Source: Octopus sinensis (lineage: Eukaryota). Taken from it: a DNA stretch of 64,000 nt. The stretch is from assembly GCF_006345805.1 (NCBI RefSeq), contig NC_043018.1:3720001-3784000 (forward strand). The letters are read 5' to 3'. Below, piece after piece: positions 38,701 through 51,929 of the stretch. Position 1 is the stretch's first letter, and every line of letters starts with the position of its first letter. Below the pieces are notes generated by a model. That model had not been told where the DNA came from, did not search any database, and saw only the letters and a program-made list of their open reading frames with translations. The translations under genes were made by a program, and so were the position numbers.

Positions 38701-40137
38701 AAACTAGTGGCAATTAATTTTAACGTTGATATGTGCACTGGAGAAAGAAAGAAGCCCGTTTGATATTTTGGCTGGAGACAGTTGCGAGAACAAGACTAAT
38801 TCCACGAGACAGTTGTGAGAACAACACTCTGTCACTTGAAAAATACCTGTATTGTAAAAATAAACTCAAACTTCGTTTGAGACTTGGTAAGAGTTTGACC
38901 TCTTAGTCTGGTTGGCGAGGGGAAAGTACAACGCGTCTATTTTCGTCTGGTTCACAAACTCCTCAACAAAACTACAAGGTTGTTAACAACCACCACAAAG
39001 ATTTCGGTGATAATTATTACTAAATAGCCAACTTGTCACAATCACACATACATATTCATTCACATCCCTGATAGACAAATATTCTCACATGCATAATGCA
39101 CTACGCATATGTAGCTGTACATAGAGATACACTTGAGACGGAAAATTCAATCAAATAGTTTTGCAACCGTTCTGTGATAAATCGTTTTATATTTTAACAT
39201 TTATATCACCGATGGTCTTTCATTTTAGTCATTTCCGTGGTTACACATCTGGTGACTCATTCATTCAATTCATGTATTCACAATTTTCACTTTACCCATA
39301 TATATATATATATATATATATATTCTTTTGTTGTCATATTATTATTAATAATATATATATATATGTTGCTGTTGTTGTCGTTGTTGTATTTGTTATTGTT
39401 GTAGTTGTTGCTGTTGGTGTTGTTTCAGAACAAATTTTTACTCTTCAAAAGTATAGAGTAACCCCGCAAAATAGTATGTGTGGGCGGGGGGGCAATGACC
39501 ATCCCGAAATACAATATCTGCTGCAACACACGATTACACATCAGGAATCTTACAAAACGAATCCATAAAGGTCTTTATTATAACTAAACACACGCACTAT
39601 GTGGTGTAGGGGGGGGCGTTTATGTTCAGTTATAATAAAAGCATTTATGCATTCGTTTTGCAAGATTCTTAATGTGAAATCGTGTATTGAAACATATATT
39701 TTATTGCGGGATGGTCATTTCCTCCCCGACCCCTTTTTTTTGCCAGATAAATGCCCAGTTTATGCTCGTTTTTCACTTCAACTTCATTATTATTCTGTGG
39801 AATTGACTTAAACAGGACAGGCAGAGACATATGAGATGGCGGTCGTTGAAGTTACAGGATGGGTGAGGAAAGATTTCAGTCAAACGACATCAAAATGAGA
39901 ATAATAATAATAATAATAAAGCAGGTGGTCATTTGGAAAATGGAAAAAAAGAAATGAGAAAAAGAAAGAAGAAAATGCTGACTATCCCGAAATATAACAA
40001 TGTAAGGAAAATGATTTTTCCTTATTTTGTGGGGTTACTCTAGGTTTTTGAAGAGTAAGAATTTAATCTGAAACAACAACAACAATAACAAATACAACAA
40101 CAACAACAACAACAACACACACACACATATATATATA

Positions 40138-40446
40138 TCACGTGATCACGTAACCGACCAGGCTATCAGATGTTGCTACACATCTCTGGTCACAATGCGC
40201 TTCGCATTGTTTTAGCCTTCAAATGACGCCACCCCGCTGGCTAAGCGAGCAGGCGAACAGTAGAAAGAGTGAGGAAAAGTTGTGGTGAAAGAGTACAGCA
40301 GGGATCACCACCACCCACTGCCGGAGCCTCATGGAGCTTTATGTGTTTTCGTTCAATAAACACTCACAACGCCCAGTCTGGGAATAGAAACCGCGATCCT
40401 ACGACTGCGAGTCCGCTGCCCTAACCATTGGGCCATTGCGCCTCAC
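40138..40446 (-). mobile_element. tRNA(Arg)-like SINE, head B with tail Y, full length
   Basis: Same head as 59700 and 35263; tail ends in CACGTGATCACGTGAT. Confidence 0.9.
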
Positions 40447-40453
40447 ACACACA

Positions 40454-40531
<78 letters not shown>

Positions 40532-40730
40532 TCAGCAGGGAGAATAATTGTGAATGCATGAATTGTATGAATTGTATGAATGAGTCATCAAATATGTAAC
40601 CACGGAAACAACTAAAATGAAAGACCATCGATAATAAAAATCTTAAATATAAAGTAAACGGGTTTGTGTTTTGTGTGTGAGTGTGTGTGTGTGTATGTAC
40701 CATCTGCGTTTTGTGTTTATAAATAGATGC

Positions 40731-40774
<44 letters not shown>

Positions 40775-40779
<5 letters not shown>

Positions 40780-41867
40780 AATGAATGTTTTTATATATAA
40801 TGAACGTGAAATACAGGAAGGGACGAACACGGAACACAGACAAATCATTCGAAGCCTTCAATCTTCAGTCAGACACCGAATCATCATAGCAAATTTCGGC
40901 TGTTCAATTCTGATATTTGCTCCAACTCGGCCAGCCCCAAGAAAAAAAAAAAAAAAACTAAGCTGTAAGCATTAGATTTCTTGGTAGAAGACAGGAATGT
41001 GAACGCACAAGACGGATGTAAATACAAGAGACGAAAACGAAATTGAAAACAGTAATGAATAAACAAAATATATATAACGGTGGTTGTCATACGACTTTAG
41101 ACCAAATGAGACAAAAACAACAACAACATAGCTGGCGTAGAAATAATTACCGTTTCGGTAGCGGGGACACATGTTGGTCGAGATACGATGGCCAACAGAA
41201 TGGTTTAAGAAGCAGCAGGTTGCAGGAGAGAGAGAGAAAGAGAGACAGAGAGAGAGGGAATCAAAGAGGGTGGAAGCAGGGGACAGAATCAGTGACCAAG
41301 AGAAAAGGAGAAAGAAGGGATTAAGGAGGATGGAGGAAGAGGGGAGGAGGATGGGAGGAAGAGAGGGGAAGAATCGGAGGGCGCCAAAAAGTTTGGTGAA
41401 GAAGCAATGGCGGGTAGGAAAGACAGTGTGTATAGAAGTCGTGCAGGGTTTAAAATTGGACAAACAAACGGGGGGGGGGTGCACGTAACGCCGCAATAAT
41501 ATAAGAATGAATGTTTTTATATATAATGAACGTGAAATACAGGAAGGGACGAACACGGAACACAGACAAATCATTCGAAGCCTTCAATCTTCAGTCAGAC
41601 ACCGAATCATCATAGCAAATTTCGGCTGTTCAATTCTGATATTTGCTCCAACTCGGCCAGCCCCAAGAAAAAAAAAAAACTAAGCTGTAAGCATTAGATT
41701 TCTTGGTAGAAGACAGGAATGTGAACGCACAAGACGGATGTAAATACAAGAGACGAAAACGAAATTGAAAACAGTAATGAATAAACAAAATATATATAAC
41801 GGTGGTTGTCATACGACTTTAGACCAAATGAGACAAAAACAACAACAACATAGCTGGCGTAGAAATA
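40775..41867. repeat. ~370-bp direct repeats (40775-41145 and 41501-41867) flanking a ~350-bp purine-rich spacer
   Basis: Copies appear identical except for poly-A length (4 nt shorter in the second). Confidence 0.92.
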
Positions 41868-42045
41868 TATATACGTGAGTGTGTTTGTGCGTGTGTGCGT
41901 ATGTATGTGTGTGTCGAGCCCTACACACATACATACACACAAACACACGTACACACATATATATTTAAGTGAGCCTGATAGTGGAGTCAAAAGTATAATA
42001 CGTATTTTTTTTTTAAAAAGAGAGAATAAGACTTAAAGAATAAGA

Positions 42046-42189
42046 ATTAAACTTAAACTTAAATGTTGAAGTGAATCGAACGGCTTTTGTGTGTTTCTTA
42101 AATGGCTTATAAACACCTTCCACGCTGCAATTGTTTTCGTTTCAGCACACGATCTCAGATCAAATTACTTGCTATGCGAGTACATCTCC
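42046..42189. mobile_element. Solo arm of the palindromic MITE-like family at 55141
   Basis: Reverse complement of 55141-55280. Confidence 0.8.
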
Positions 42190-42847
42190 AGAATAAGACT
42201 GTAGTCCTGAAATAAATGAGGCCACACCCACAAATACGACACACATGAGTGAGAAGCTACAATGTACGTAAGATCAAAGAACTTATCCCTCATTACTTCC
42301 TTTCCGATCACTCTCTGCTGACTGGACCCTCCTAAATTGTCTTTGTCAGTTTTTATTGAACCACGTAGATAGAGTTTCATAAGCTATTTATAGATAGCAT
42401 TGTGTATCAGGATTTTTGTCCTTCAGTAGCGACTGTTATTTCCTATTTGCTTACCCCAAGGAAGAGCGAAAAATGACTAACATTTCCTTCATACTTTGCT
42501 GTTGTTGTATTCATTAAAATCTCAAAGAATCCCTCTCAACACATGGCTATGATACGCCTCCACTACTCCTGTTCATGATCAGAGATGCACATATTGTCAG
42601 CCACTAAGGGACATGCTCAAATTGGTTATGGTCAAGCAACTGACAAGCAAATGTGTGGTATTGTGCAGAATATTTGTTATAACGATATTTCTGCTTCAGC
42701 AACACAGTCTGAAATGTAATGGAAAATAGGTCAGTTTCAAAACATTGGCGTCCAGGAAACAAAAGCAAAGTTTGAAGGGAATAGTAGTGATTTCCTTTGA
42801 TTTCTAAATAGAAGCAAATAGGAAGTAACACTTGCTAACCAAAGACA

Positions 42848-42932
<85 letters not shown>

Positions 42933-42946
42933 TTTAATAATAATAT

Positions 42947-43026
<80 letters not shown>

Positions 43027-43604
43027 AATTTCGTTACACCTTGTAATTCATACAGTTCTTGTTTAGATAACTATAAATTCTATTGAGGTTTATACTATCA
43101 TCCTTTGACTTCTCTCTCAATGCATTATTTTTCTAGTCTTTTTCCATCACAGATTTCATTTCGGAAAACCGTGAATTTTTGTCATTCCAGGCGGGAGGAG
43201 GAACTGCCTACATCGGAATTTCTTTCGACTTGTCCCATTTTATTGCTTTACCTCTCTTTCTTTCTTTACTGACCCCCGAAACGACACCCTCATCTCCACA
43301 GCCAGTGGTTTTTCGCTCTTCATCAGGTTCTGTCGCCTTCTTACAATCTCTTACACGGAGATAGATGAAGATCGTTAGACATTCATTGAGTTACATGATG
43401 GATGTATGTGTGTGTGTGCGTATGTGTGTGTGTGTGTGTTGTGTGTGTGTGTGAGTGTGTGTTGTGTGTGTGCGTGTGAGTGTGTGTGTGTGTGTGTGTG
43501 CGTGTGTGTGTGTTGTGTGTGTATGTGTGTGTGTGTGCGTGTGTGTGTTGTGTGTGTGTTGTGTGTGTGTGTGTGAGTGTGTGTGTGTGTATGTGTGTGT
43601 GTGT

Positions 43605-43676
<72 letters not shown>

Positions 43677-43732
43677 TAAAACCGGTTTGGACTCCGAATT
43701 GCACATGGCACGGATGTATGGATGTTTAAGTC

Positions 43733-44170
43733 ATGCAATGCAAATAACCCGCCTCACCTGCTCCCCAAAAATACCAAGGTCGTTTCATTTGCAGAGCAGT
43801 TGATGACCTCAGGTTTTTGGTATGCGAAAAGCATTGTGTTAATCTTCAGAAGGGCTACAGTATCGACGGAGAGTACCATGCCAACTACCTGAGGTAGTTA
43901 CGAAGGTTTATCGAGACCAAGCGCCCAGAAAAACTGACGATAGGGGTCTTATTTGATCAGGGCAATGCTCCAGCACACAAGTCCTTGGTTTCAATGGCTG
44001 CCGTGAGTGACTGTAGCTTTGGCTTTGATGCGGTAGATCCCCGTCCCTGTTCTCATCTGAATATCACCTATTCCCCAACATGTGAAAACACTTGGCTGGG
44101 AACCCATATCGCAGTGATGATGGCGTGATATCTACTGTTGATGATTTTTCTGACCAACAAGATGAAAACT
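43733..44170 (+). mobile_element. Decayed mariner transposase, C-terminal half
   Basis: Degenerate MQWKHPSSPAPKKAKVV..., QGNAPAHKSLVSMAAV, HLFPNM.KHLAGN.YRSDDGVIS motifs. Confidence 0.75.
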
Positions 44171-44580
44171 TTAGGGGAATGGGCCGAAAATCTAAGCTCC
44201 CCTACCAATAAAGAAAAGAATCGTAAATTGAGAAGCCAAACAAACCTATATAATGTAATACAGGATTGGCCAAAATTCACCCGACACTAAATCAAACTTC
44301 CATAAACACTTAATATTCAATTTAATTATTCATTCCAATTATAAATATTTAATAGTTGAATGCTGTGAGTTAAAATCAGCCTTTTTTTTCAAATTTGTCT
44401 ATTTATTAGCGATGTTTCATATAAAATAATTTTTGGTTTTAATCTTGGAATTAAATGGGTTTTGATTTACTGTCACGTGACTTTTGGCCAACTATGTATA
44501 TTATATTACATAATATTATATATATATATATATATATGTCATAATAAAAGTACAACACAAATGCATATACAGATATATGG

Positions 44581-44613
<33 letters not shown>

Positions 44614-44667
44614 TGTATGTATGTATGTATGTTTGCATGCATGTATGTATGTATGTATGTATGTATG

Positions 44668-44711
<44 letters not shown>

Positions 44712-44964
44712 TTTTGCTCAAGAACACTTTGCGCTGCCCGTTCTGGGAATCGAACACACGATCAAGCGGTCGTGAGTGCAACACTCTAACTACAAGGTCA
44801 TACGCTTTCACACACACGTGTATGTATATGAGTATGTATATATGTGTATGTGCATATATATATATATACATATATATATATACTTTAAATAAAGCATATT
44901 ACTCTACCACTGGTATTTGAGTACTCTTTTTTCCACCTTGTTTCACATTTATGTGTTTACTCCG

Positions 44965-45003
<39 letters not shown>

Positions 45004-45103
45004 TAATGTATATATATATATGTATATGTATATATATATGTATATATATATATAATATATATATATATATACACATATATATTATAAGTATATATGTAAA
45101 TGT

Positions 45104-45136
<33 letters not shown>

Positions 45137-45143
45137 CACACAT

Positions 45144-45186
<43 letters not shown>

Positions 45187-45235
45187 CACACATACATATA
45201 CACACACACACACACACATATATATATACACACAT

Positions 45236-45280
<45 letters not shown>

Positions 45281-45287
45281 CACACAT

Positions 45288-45320
<33 letters not shown>

Positions 45321-45328
45321 TTTATATA

Positions 45329-46618
45329 CGAGGGGCGTTCAATAAGTAATGCCCCTGACCCACTTCCCATAGCAGTAGAGCAACGAAACTTGGCACAGTT
45401 ATTAGTCTTTTTCTACATAGGAACCACCCAGAGTTACGCATTTCTCCCATCGTTTGATGCGGCTCTGGAGACCGTTTTTCTAGAAGAACCCAGCTTGGTC
45501 CTCCAACCTCAACGTGACTTCAGAAATCAAGGCTGCATCATCTGGGAAACGCTTTCCTTTCAAAAACAACTTCATGATTGGGAAGAGATGAAAATCAAAG
45601 GGTGCAAGGTCAGGAAAGTAGGGGGGATGGGGAGGAGTTCATAGCCATACGCCTGTGCTTCTGATCTGGCGACAAGCGAGTTGTGGACCGGAGCGTTGTC
45701 CTGCAGGAGGAGGATGCTTTTGCTGATCTTGCCCCGCCTCTTGATTTTGATAACTTCTCTTAATTTCCTCAAAAGTGAAGCATAATAGGCTCCTGCAATT
45801 GTAGTACCCTTTGCCAGGAAATCTGTCATCACTACTCCGTCCTGGTCCAAGAAGACTGTGAGCATGACTTTGCCAGCGGAGGGCTGGACCCTTGCCTTCT
45901 TTGGAGGGGGTGAGTCACGGTGCTTCCACTGCATTGACTGGGCTTTGGTCTCTGGATCATCGGGATGGACCCAGGTTTCATCCTGTGTAATCAGTCTTTT
46001 GAAAAATTTTGACTCATCTTCTTGGCACATCTCCAAATTCACCCTCCAGCACTCGACGCGTTCTTGCTTCTGGAAAAGTGTGAGTAACCTGGGAATCCAT
46101 CTGGCAGACACCTTTTGCATATGCAAATGGTTATGAATGATAGTTTCCACAGACCCGGTACTAATCTTGACCTCATGGGCTATTTGGCGAATAATTATGC
46201 GTCGATCTTCCAAAATGGCAGCCTCAACTTGACGGACAGATGCCTCATCAATGGCAGAAGGGGGCGACCAGATCTGGGAGCTGTTTCCACAGAGTTCCGA
46301 CCATGTTTGAATTCACGATGCCAGCGTTTTACAAGGTCATATGATGGGGCATCATCACCATAAGTTACTTTCATTTCATCAAAAGTCTCCCGTGGTGTGC
46401 GTCCTTTCAAATACAAAACCGGATCACTGCTCGACACTCAACAGGCTCCATTTCACACTTGACTCGGTTCAAACACCTGTAAATCAGAAACCACAATTAA
46501 TTCAGAGCTGTAATTTGCCACTTACTCTATAGAGATATAAATGATTGCACATGTAAAATTTCAGCTAGATCAAACAACTGCAAGTGGGTCAGAGGCATTA
46601 CTTATTGAACGTCCCTCG
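45329..46618 (-). mobile_element. Full-length mariner (irritans-like), 1290 bp
   Basis: ~40-bp TIRs CGAGGGGCGTTCAATAAGTAATGCCCCTGACCCACTT (2 mismatches between ends); TA on both sides (45327-45328, 46619-46620). Confidence 0.93.
45402..46451 (-). pseudogene. Mariner D,D34D-type transposase, frameshifted
   Basis: ATG 46451 MEPVECRAVIRF; WIPRLL, TQDETWVH, LLLQDNAPVH, degenerate PDLAPSDF; ends RWEKCVTLGGSYVEKD-stop at 45402; at least 3 frameshifts. Confidence 0.88.
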
Positions 46619-46623
46619 TATTA

Positions 46624-46654
<31 letters not shown>

Positions 46655-46873
46655 AGTACGTTTAAATATTTGTTGTGCAAGATTTTTTATGTGAAGTCGT
46701 GTGTTGAAACAGATATTGTTATATTCGGAATGGTCATATTGCCAGTTTAGAACTCTGGCCGAAATAAGATTAAGATTAATGTAAAAAAATAAATATCACT
46801 GAAGCAAAATAACACCAAATATATAGTGCATGTGTTTTTATTGGCTAATGGCAAAATGACCCTTCCGAAATAT

Positions 46874-46946
<73 letters not shown>

Positions 46947-47767
46947 ATACGTACATGCAGATGCATATATTTTTTGATTGAACGCCACACATCTATTTCC
47001 AAGTATATATATATATACATACACACATGTGTGTGTACACACTATATATAAAACGAGAGAGGGTGAGCAGGAGAGGAAGAAAAAAAGAGGGTGTTGAGTA
47101 ATAGATAGTTAGAGAGCATTGCCTGTTTTTGTTCTTCTTGTTGTTCAATGTCATGTCAGCCCTGATTTTGCTGATCAATAATCAAATACTTTCCAACTAT
47201 TGCTATCTTTTCTTTTTCTTGTATACCGGGAACCAACAACCGCAGCAGGGGTTACTTTGAAGGAGAGATTTAGCTGGTGTTTCTTGCTGCCTAAGAGATC
47301 GCATACAGGTTCCATTGTGTTTGCAGACCCAAGGTTGAACGTATTATGCTTCGTATGTACATAGAAGAGTTTATTGTCCTCTGTTATAAAGAAGCCGAAT
47401 ACAGTAAAGAATGGAGTTGTGTTATGGATTTGTTAGAAAAAGAGTGGTCAACGCCCGTGTGAGTTTTATTGAAGAATTCCAAAAACTAGTTGGTTTGAAG
47501 TGGCGGCGTAGTAAGAAATTTTAGTCTCCGTTGTTGTGATGACGTTTGAAGACATTCTTGGTACCCCACCTCTATTAACGAATCTCATAAGCCACAGGAA
47601 ATGTATCAGTTCACACATGCTCCCGGGTAGCAGGATGGTAGCCCCTTCCTTGTTACGGTTCCAGGTAAGCGGAAAGGAAGTCATTTATTCTTGGGTAGGA
47701 AATCTAACTTGAAAGATTGCCACAAAGTGGCCACTGCTGTCGAAGGAATCAAATAGTTTTGGGTTGA

Positions 47768-48330
47768 GGCTCGTCTCTTTGTCTCTGGCTGAAAGGGATG
47801 AACACAACGCTCATCCTGGCCGAGGGGACGTCCAAGGAAATCAACTGGATCTGCCTCAAGCAGTGTGAGATTTTCCTGTGATGTGATCAATCTGGCGCGC
47901 CTTTGATCAGGTATTAGAAGACGTAACACCCATCGAGTGGAAATCTTCGTCATGCCAGGGACACTGGGCAGAGTATTTTTTTAGCAGGATATGCTGATAG
48001 CATTTGCTATTTAATTTATAGCCAATCACCAGTCGTCCATCAGCATGCGGTGAATACGATCGGTGTTTACCATGGCAGTTACAGGACGTCAAGACTTTGG
48101 ATCATCTTCAAGACTCTCCATTCTCCTTCTGAATCCAGTGCCCACCTTTGCACCTTTGATAAAGCTAGAGCGTCATCCCCTAGCATGAATATTTCTAGGA
48201 GGTTAAACCCATTTTCTACAGGTACTCGATTAACACCACGATGCCAGATTCTGTCTGTTTTCAAGAGAATCCTGCACTAGTTACATCTGAAGTCTTCTTT
48301 GAATGGTGAGATACCAGTTTACCTGGAAAG
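47768..48330 (-). mobile_element. Decayed mariner transposase, N-terminal half
   Basis: DRIWHRGV...LGDDALALSKVQRWA; TRWVLRLLIPDQRRARL...GQDERCVHPFQPETKRRA. Confidence 0.78.
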
Positions 48331-48884
48331 AAATAATGTGGTTATTAATAAGGAGAAGGGCTGAAATTGATGCATGCAAGATTTTCAAGTCTGACAACAG
48401 GTTGCCATCCAGGGTCATAACCCGGGGACTTCAGTTGTTGCACCAACAGTGTTTTATTTTTACGCTTCGTTTCTTTTGGTCCGCCCCGCCCTTTATAATG
48501 CGTTCATAGATATACACATTAACTGGATCGTTGAATAAATGCATTTGAATGTAAAGCAGTCATTGTTGAAACGAAGAGGTTGGCGATCGTTTTCATATTT
48601 CGCATGTGTGTGCCTGTGTATGCGCGAGCGCGTGTGTTTGGGGATCGGTGTGTGCTTGTCAGGATGCGATTATTCAAGCGAAACCCATTTGTGTATGTTT
48701 GTATGCATGTATGTAGATAGATAGATATAGACATAGATACACACACACACACACACACTCACACACACACACACACACACACGCACACAAACACACATAT
48801 GTAAACATGAGTAACACCACCCACTTGTGTTCATTATCCTGAGTCACATAAAAACGGTGAGCGGGCAGAAAGGTTACCACGCCG

Positions 48885-49932
48885 TGTGAAATGCGTAGCC
48901 GTATTTCGTCTGCCGTTACGTTCTGAGTTCAAATTCCGCCGAGGTCCACTTTGCCTTTCATCCTTTCGGGGTCGATTAAATAAGTACCTGTTACGCACTG
49001 GGATCGATATAATCGACTTAATCCGTTTGTCTGTCCTTGTTTGTCCTCTCTGTGTTTAACCCCTTGTGGGTAGTAAAGAAATAGGTATTTCGTCTGCCGC
49101 TACGTTCTGAGTTCAAATTCCGCCGAGGTCCACTTTGCTTTTCATCCTTTCGGGGTCGATTAAATAAGTACCTGTTATGCACTGGGATCGATATAATTGA
49201 CTTAATCCGTTTGTCTGTCCTTGTTTGTCCTCTCTGTGTTTAACCCCTTGTGGGTAGTAAAGAAATAGGTATTTCGTCTGCCGCTACGTTCTGAGTTCAA
49301 ATTCCGCCGAGGTCCACTTTGCCTTTCATCCTTTCGGGGTCGATTAAATAAGTACCTGTTACGCACTGGGATCGATATAATCGACTTAATCCGTTTGTCT
49401 GTCCTTGTTTGTCCTCTCTGTGTTTAACCCCTTGTGGGTAGTAAAGAAATAGGTATTTCGTCTGCCGTTACGTTCTGAGTTCAAATTCCGCCGAGGTCCA
49501 CTTTGCCTTTCATCCTTTCGGGGTCGATTAAATAAGTACCTGTTACGCACTGGGATCGATATAATCGACTTAATCCGTTTGTCTGTCCTTGTTTGTCCTC
49601 TCTGTGTTTAACCCCTTGTGGGTAGTAAAGAAATAGGTATTTTGTCTGCCGCTACGTTCTGAGTTCAAATTCCGCCGAGGTCGACTTTGCCTTTCATCCT
49701 TTCGGGGTCGATTAAATAAGTACCTGTTACGCACTGGGGTCGATATAATCAACTTAATCCGTTTGTCTGTCCTTGTTTGCCATCTCTGTGTTTAGCCCCC
49801 TGTGGGTAGTAAAGAAATAGGTATTTCGTCTGCCGCTACGTTCTGAGTTCAAATTCCGCCAAGGTCGACTTTGCCTTTTAGTACAAGGGTCAATATAATC
49901 GACTTACCCATCCTCCCCAAATTTCAGGCCTT
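48885..49932 (+). repeat. Tandem array of a SINE family M body, 184-bp unit, 5 full units plus a partial
   Basis: GTATTT(C/T)GTCTGCCG starts at 48901, 49085, 49269, 49453, 49637 and 49821. Confidence 0.95.
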
Positions 49933-50354
49933 GAAGAAAGGATTATTATTATTATGAAATTGCTGAGCGAGCAGACTCATGAGAATGCCGGACAAAATGC
50001 TTAGTGGCATTTCGTCCGTCTTTACGTTCTGCGTTGAAAATCCGCCGAGGTTGACTTTTCCTTTCATCCTTTCGTTGTTGATAAAATATGTACCAGTTAC
50101 ATACCGGGGTCGATGCAACCCACTGATCACCGCTCCCGAAATTGCTGGCCTCGTGCCAAAATTTAAATCCGATATTCTTGTTGTCATTGTTGCTGCTGTC
50201 ATCGAATTTGTTGTTGATGATGATGATGATGATGGCGTTTCTGCTGTTGTTGGGTCGTTGGAGACGTTGTTGTTGTTGTTCTTCTTCTTGTCATCATCCT
50301 CGTCGTTGTCGTCGCTGTTCTTCTTGTCGTTGTTCATGCCAGTGCTCTTGTTGT

Positions 50355-50590
50355 TACCTATTTCTTTACTACCCACAAGGGGCTAAACATAGAGGGGACA
50401 AACAAGGACAGACATAGGCATTAAGTCGATTACATCGACCCCAGTGCGTAACTGGTACTTAATTTATCGACCCCGGAAGGATGAAAGGCAAAGTCGACCT
50501 CGGCGGAATTTGAACTCACAACGTAACGGCAGCCGAAATACCGCTAAGCATTTCGCCCGACCTGCTAACCATTCTGCCAGCTTGCCGCCT
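50355..50590 (-). mobile_element. SINE family M monomer with the multimer-type tail
   Basis: Head GGCGGCAAGCTGGCAGAA at the right end; tail ends ...GTAGTAAAGAAATAGG. Confidence 0.85.
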
Positions 50591-51088
50591 TGTTGTTACC
50601 GCCGTTGCTTATCTCCAGGTCGAGTCCGACCCGGGGCTAAATGAAAGTATTCAATCAACAGGATCCTCACGTCTTAATTATCTGGGGTTTTTTTGGGTTT
50701 TTTTTTGTTTTTTTTACTTGTTTCAATCACTGGACTACATCCATGCTGGATCATTGCGTTGAAGGATTTAGTCTTAACAAATCGATCCAATTTCTTTAAA
50801 GCCAGGGTCTTATTTTATCGATCCTTTCACCGAACCACTGAGTTACGGAGATGCAAAGAAACTAGCACTAGTTGTAAAGCGGTGGTGGTGGTGGGCAAGG
50901 GTGAGTTGATATATACGAACACAAAGATATATATTTATACATCTGATGGGCTTCCATACAGTTTCCGTCTACCAAATTCACTTAGGAGATATTGATCGGC
51001 CCAGTGCTGTAGTACAAGAAACTTAACTAAAGCGCCGCGCTGTGGAGTTGAACCCGAAACAGCATAGCTGCAAAGTGAGCTTCTTAAC

Positions 51089-51270
51089 CAGGCGTGGCTG
51101 TGTGGTAAGAAGCTTTCTTCCCAACCATATGGTTCTGAGTTCAGTCTCACTGCGTGGCACATTGGGCAAGTGTCTTCTACTATGGCCTCGGGCCGACCAA
51201 TGCCTTGTGAGTGGATTTGGTAGACGGAAACTGAAAGAAGCCTGTCGTATATATGTATATATATTTATAT

Positions 51271-51307
<37 letters not shown>

Positions 51308-51525
51308 AGGTGGGTGGGTGTGTGTTTGTCCCCACACCATCGCATAACAATCGATGTTGGTGTGTTTACGTCTCCGTAACTTAACGGTTCGGCCATAAGA
51401 GACCGGTAGAACAAGTACTATGCTTACAAAGAATAAGTCCTGGGGTCGATTAGCTCGACTAAAGGCAGTGCTCCAGCATGACCATAGTTAAATGACTGAA
51501 ACAAATAAAAGAATAAAAGAATAAA
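51089..51525 (+). mobile_element. CORE-type SINE (family C), full length; a partial minus-strand copy lies head-to-head at ~50945-51088
   Basis: Matches family C throughout. Confidence 0.88.
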
Positions 51526-51779
51526 ATGATCAGCCAAAGAGGCACCTATTTTTTTTTTATTTATTTGTTGTGATATCTGCGACTTTGTTTTGGTTTTGTG
51601 GAATTTTGAGGAAGAATTAGTTGCTATTTTTAACCGGTCAAGCTAGGATTGTCCGCACTCAAATAATATCTATTGTAATTATCCAAATATGGCTACGTGA
51701 ATAGATTCCGGATTGGTTGATTGTTCATTTGGAGGGGAAGGTCAGCAATGTCAGGGATCCAAAGGGAAAAGAGTCATTG

Positions 51780-51807
51780 TATTGTTGTTGTTGTTGTTGT
51801 TGATGAA

Positions 51808-51862
<55 letters not shown>

Positions 51863-51898
51863 ATGATGATGACGATGATGACGATGATGACGATGATG

Positions 51899-51929
<31 letters not shown>

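Noticed and set aside
40972-41574. 200-aa minus-strand ORF in the direct-repeat spacer
   Set aside because: Low-complexity L/S/F composition from a pyrimidine-rich strand; no domain
43295-43335. Minus-strand CTGATGA core (similar lone cores at ~40865, ~36290, 58671)
   Set aside because: No matching stem II plus GAAAC arrangement
44472-44481. GTCACGTGAC (CLEAR/E-box palindrome)
   Set aside because: A single 10-mer without promoter context is compatible with chance
48885-49932. Regular array as a possible CRISPR
   Set aside because: Eukaryotic context; the whole 184-bp unit repeats with no unique spacers; the unit is a SINE body
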